From Pocillopora damicornis (Eukaryota), in contig NW_020846063.1 of the NCBI RefSeq assembly GCF_003704095.1, positions 868,001 to 932,000 of the forward strand: DNA of 64,000 bases, written 5' to 3'. The translations under genes were made by a program, and so were the position numbers. Shown here in pieces: positions 59,743 through 64,000 of this stretch (within the stretch, counting starts at the first letter, position 1; each line of letters begins with the position of its first letter). Below the pieces are notes generated by a model, which searched no databases, was not told the DNA's origin, and saw nothing but the letters and a program-made list of their open reading frames with translations.

Positions 59743-62700
59743 ATGAAATTTCTCGTGTTCGTTTGGTTTGGAATTTTTCTCGCTATCTGCAGAGCCAGAA
59801 AAGGTGAGGTGAACAGAAAATTAGTTTCCAATTGTGTTCAACCAGCCACATTTAATTTGCCGTAACAGAGGTCTCCGTAACTCCGTGAAGGTGGATCAGT
59901 TTCCTTAGGATGTTTTACTGAAAGTTTTCATGTAGGACTGTCGAAAGCACTTTTCCTCAAGGTTAATATATCTAACAGAGAAAACGCCACCGTGTAAGGG
60001 ATTTTATTTTCTTAAATTGAAATGATCGCGACCGAACAAACCAAGTTTGATTAAGCCAAGTTTTTTCTGAAGACACCTTTTCGGGAACGATAGGTTTGCC
60101 CTAGCATGCCGACACATAAAGCTTACACAATATATAAAGTTTATTGGGTATTTCATGTGACACCCAGCTTACGTGAAAATGGAACAAAGTTTGTCACGCT
60201 CTCAACGCGTGTATTTATTTAAAGACAAAATAAATCGTATTTCAGTCAAAATCCTGATAAGAAGACAAACGTGTCTACGGCTAAAAGCAAATGTGTCAAA
60301 TACTTCTTGTCATCATTTACAGGTAACTCAATCTCATTGTCTTTAGAGTGAAAATAAATGCCAAATATTTGCCTTCGAGGTCAGTTTCTTTATTAAAAAT
60401 TGTTGCAATCACTTTCAATGATTTCCCAATCTTACAAAGTTGTCTGAAAATTGCCTCCGGAATGCTGTTACCAGACTTTGCATTTTCGTGCAACAATTTA
60501 CGACGAGCCAATGTAAACAAACGTTACATAATTTGTTTTACCTTTTATACCCTAAATTCAGTATACATCTTCTCCAAACTGTTCTCTATACATTTCCTAG
60601 GGTACTGACAACGATATTTTATTGAACAAACGAGAGCTTTTTTAATTTGTGATAATTTCCTCTATTCTTGTGATCACAATGTGTGATTCAGGGGTGGTGT
60701 CGAGAAATTACATGCTGGTCACTCTCATGGGCCAAAGGTTTGAAGCCAATCACGGCCCAAATTTTTGACTGATATGCTTGTTTTGAAGTAAGTGCTTGTT
60801 GTTTGGTAAACATGAGCTAATTCTGCTTTGCAAAAGATCTGACTGCTCTCAATTGGCTTTTGGATGGAAAGATAACATGGTGCAAAGCTAATACAAACCT
60901 GCTATTTGCAAAGCCGTAAAGAGGCTTTTTTCTTTGTTTAATCTTCCAAAGAAAAAGCCTGTCTTATACATTGTTAAATTTTTCAATAACAACGTGCATT
61001 TGAATTGGCAACTTAGTTTCTTTTGCTAGCTGTGACTTAAGAATCACGTAAAAAAAGAAAAAAAAGAATTTTAACTTACTAAATCACTGCTCAAAGTCCT
61101 ACAAGGCGTACAACATCTCCCGCAAAGAATTGACATAGGATCTCATGAATAGTTCTAGCGCACACCCAAGTTAAATTTTGATCAATCAATACTTTTTTTT
61201 ATCTGTCCAGGGGGTATTATGGTAAGGGTAGATATTTTCGGGATTGCAGTATTTCTTTTCTTTTTACCACAATTCTCTTCGTTTGGGGCATCCACAAAGA
61301 TCGGTACTCTGTCGGTATCGTAAACCAACGTTGATTAATTTCAACGTAAAACGAGATTATATAATACCATTGCTTTGTACATCCGTTTTAAAGAAAGTGT
61401 ACAATAAGACATTCACAAAAGATACCACTTGCTCCGCTTGACAATCGGTTGAGCTGTGAACGTGTTATGACATGGGATTTAGATGGAAAACTGTGATTGT
61501 TTCACTTGCTGACGTTCACTTTCATACATTCTGTTGTTTTTTAAAATTCTGTAGGGACAAGAAGCACCCCTATAAAGCTTAGAGTAGACGCTTCATCTCC
61601 TACTTCTCTGAGACTATCATGGGACCTGCCCATGGTTGGGCCGGATTCTCTGGCGGGCTACAGCCTTGTCTTCGTCCCAGTTCAAGCTCAACACAAGAGA
61701 AGAATCCACGTTGAACTTTTTGTAAGTTACTTTTTACTTTGCTGACACACAACAATTTTTATAACTTCAGTTTTAATTAATGGTGTTACTCTGTATCAGT
61801 TGATAATATACATACCGATCGGGTAATATGTACATGATTACCATCACGAAAATAGAACACGTTCAATACAAAGTAAGTGCAGAGTATGTCGCTCAACTAG
61901 CACAGTCTTTGGGATCAGTGTGGTCAGTGTGGTCAGTGTGATCAGTGTGATCAGTGTGGTCAGTGTGGTCAGTGTGATCACTGTGTGGTCTCGCTATATA
62001 GTGAGTGTAGTCACATCAGTCCTGGCGTTCGCTTCAGTTGACGTGGTTCTGCGCAGTTCAGTTGGTTTCGTTTGGCGTTGTTGCTGTAGTTCGTTGCATT
62101 TCAGTAGGTGTAGTTTGGTGTGGTTGGTGTAGTTCAGTGTAGTTTGTGTAGCTTGGTATTTGGCGCAGCTATAGTTTGCTGTAGTTACTGAGGTTCGGTA
62201 TAATTTGCCTCAGTTGTTGTAGTTTGCTGTTATTGGTGTAATTTTTCTGTAGCTAGTGTAACTGATATAGTTTGGTGTAAACGAAGTGGTCGGTGACGTT
62301 AGGCGAAATTGAGTTAGTTTGAAGTGGTGGATGCTTTTTTTTGGTAGTTGGTAAAATTTTGAGAAGTTTGGCGAGGCTGGTGTAGTTGCTGTAGTTCGTT
62401 ATAGTTTGCTGAAGTTGTCCTAGTTTCATGTAGTTGATGGTACGTGTACCAAGTAAATCAGTTACACCAACTTCACGAGATGCACCGATCTAACCTGAGT
62501 GCACCCAACGGAACGAACTACACCAATAGCGCCGAGCTATACCTACAGAAAATACAGGGATTACACTCACTACAAAGACCACACGGGCTACAAAACTGTA
62601 CTAAATGAACAACGTACTCTGCTTTTACTTTGCATACGGTTTATAAATTGTGTAAACCTGTTTTTGAACCACAGATGAACCAGTATAACCTGACCAACCT

Positions 62701-64000
62701 TAGGCCAGGGACACGATACAGGGTAAAAATTGCGCCATTAATGAACGATGGAAAATTAAGAGGAGTTTACTCCAGCTGGGTAAAAGTAAGGACTCTGCCA
62801 GGTAAGTGTCTAATAAGCAAGTATCGTGTTCTACTCGACCCGACCCTTTCTCCCTCGTTTTTCACTCCTCTGCTACAATAACGCAGTTTACTATCGCGCT
62901 TCGTTCTATTAACTGAAAATTTGGGGCAGGTTAGGTTTTCAGGGGAGACCGGAGGGGAGATTAGTCGTTGCCAACAGAGTATAAAGGGACTACAAAAAAT
63001 TGACTGCCAATTACTTCCACTTAGGGGGGAAATCATCAGAATATTAAAGAGCATTATGGGGTTATCGGGTGATTTTTTTTTCATGACACAACCAAAATCC
63101 TCCACACCCCCTCCCCCAGGTGATAAATAATGATCGGTCAACATGCTTATTGTCCATCTGTGCTTTTATAGACATCAAGAACGCTTCAAGCCAAAACAAT
63201 GATTTGACAGCTCAGTCACCGAACTTGTCTCAAGTCCCCGGTCACTGCACACGCATCCCCAACGTGTGTGAAAATGTCGGTTACAACTACACGCAGCTGC
63301 CGAACAATTTCAATCAGAGGAACCACGAAGATGCTGGGCACGAGTTTTCGCAGTTCACTCGTATGATCCAATCAAACTGCTCAACAGTTCTTCACGTGTT
63401 TTTGTGTTCATTGTATTTCACACCATGCGCCTATGACGCTAACGCTGTCACGCCCCCATGCCGCTCGGTATGTCGCGCGGCTCAACGTGACTGTGAGCCT
63501 TGGCTGAAGAAGACTGGGTTTGGTTGGCCTTACAAATTCAAATGCAGTTTATTTCCTGATCCCAGCGATAAGACCTGTGTTAGCGAAGATGGCACCATAA
63601 ACCACGGTAACAAGTCATTTGCTTAACGCGCACGAATCTGTTCAATTTGACTTGTACATAGATTCTGAGGAAAAAAGATAATTGGGAGGCATTCTTCCAG
63701 GAAGGATGTAAACGTTCAAATAGTTGGTGGGGTATCAGCTAGGACCTTTTTATCTTACTTCTAGCATAAATTTTCCCTCCGAAAGCTTTCGCTAAAAATG
63801 CACCTCTCTGTCTCTGATACTTCATTAAGCGCCAGCGAGGATCCTGACTCTCAGCGCGTGAACTCTTATAGGGTAATGGCTCTTAAAGAGTTTTCTCCCT
63901 TTTCTTCATAGTAGTAGAACCAATTGTGGTACCAAAGCAGTGTTATGCACTCAACACCGATATGTGTAAAGACCTGGGCTACACCCTTGTTCAGATGCCA
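59743..64000 (+). CDS. Signal peptide-FN3-Frizzled CRD-Frizzled CRD protein, 5' part (continues beyond right edge)
   Basis: Phase-compatible exons: 59743-59803 (MKFLVFVWFGIFLAICRARK), 61555-61721 (PIKLRV..SPTSLRLSWDLP..GYSL), 62675-62801 (YNLTNLRPGTRYRVKI..S..VRTLP), 63172-63606 (10-Cys Fz CRD with GYNYTQLPN, FLCSLYFTPC, PPCRSVC, FGWP) and ~63912-64000 (CYALNTDMCKDLGYTLVQMP, start of a second CRD). Confidence 0.82.
60537..60743. mobile_element. piggyBac-type MITE copy (degenerate)
   Basis: TTTACCTTTTATACCCTAA..CTGTTCTCTATACATTTCCT..AAAGGTTTGA; homologous to the 22470 copy. Confidence 0.65.
61860..62640. mobile_element. Foldback-like element with long imperfect inverted arms and internal tandem sub-repeats
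   Basis: The reverse complement of 61870-61912 (CAAAGACTGTGCTAGTTGAGCGACATACTCTGCACTTACTTTG) matches 62591-62632 (CAAAACTGTACTAAATGAACAACGTACTCTGCTTTTACTTTG). The reverse complement of ~61983-62012 matches ~62559-62586. A 9-bp array (G[A/G]TCAGTGT)n lies at ~61913-61985 and GTAGTT-rich repeats at ~62040-62440. Confidence 0.7.

Noticed and set aside
61913-61985. Regular short repeats that could be mistaken for a CRISPR array or a Val/Ser-rich ORF (61920-62132)
   Set aside because: These are 9-bp tandem units with no spacers, in eukaryotic context and inside a foldback element.

Overview
AT-rich, intron-containing animal genomic DNA. It is most likely anthozoan or stony coral, inferred from repeat types and gene content and not confirmed. 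There are four assembly gaps (22113-22212, 36463-36562, 41739-41838, 56298-56307). Genes in order: the 5' part of POLR2A/RPB1 (-, runs off the left edge); UQCRH (-); a secreted PAN/Apple-EGF-F5/8C (discoidin) gene (+); CCDC39 (-), head-to-head with an intronless NOL7-like ORF (+); two more PAN-EGF-F5/8C paralogs (+); a decayed Penelope-like RT fragment; a fourth, inverted PAN-EGF paralog (-); a compact RB1-type pocket-protein gene (+); and the 5' part of a signal peptide-FN3-Frizzled CRD-Frizzled CRD gene (+, runs off the right edge). Introns and intergenic DNA carry many short non-autonomous elements: TTAA/CCCTT piggyBac-type MITEs, palindromic MITEs, tRNA-SINE remnants and a foldback element. 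The best candidates for undescribed biology are the diverged four-member PAN-EGF-discoidin family (one member has an apparently rewired disulfide), the FN3 + tandem-CRD candidate Wnt-binding protein, the nearly spacer-less Rb, and several RNA-structure and alternative-splice signals in POLR2A introns. All gene models were built by eye from splice signals and reading-frame continuity; no database searches were run.
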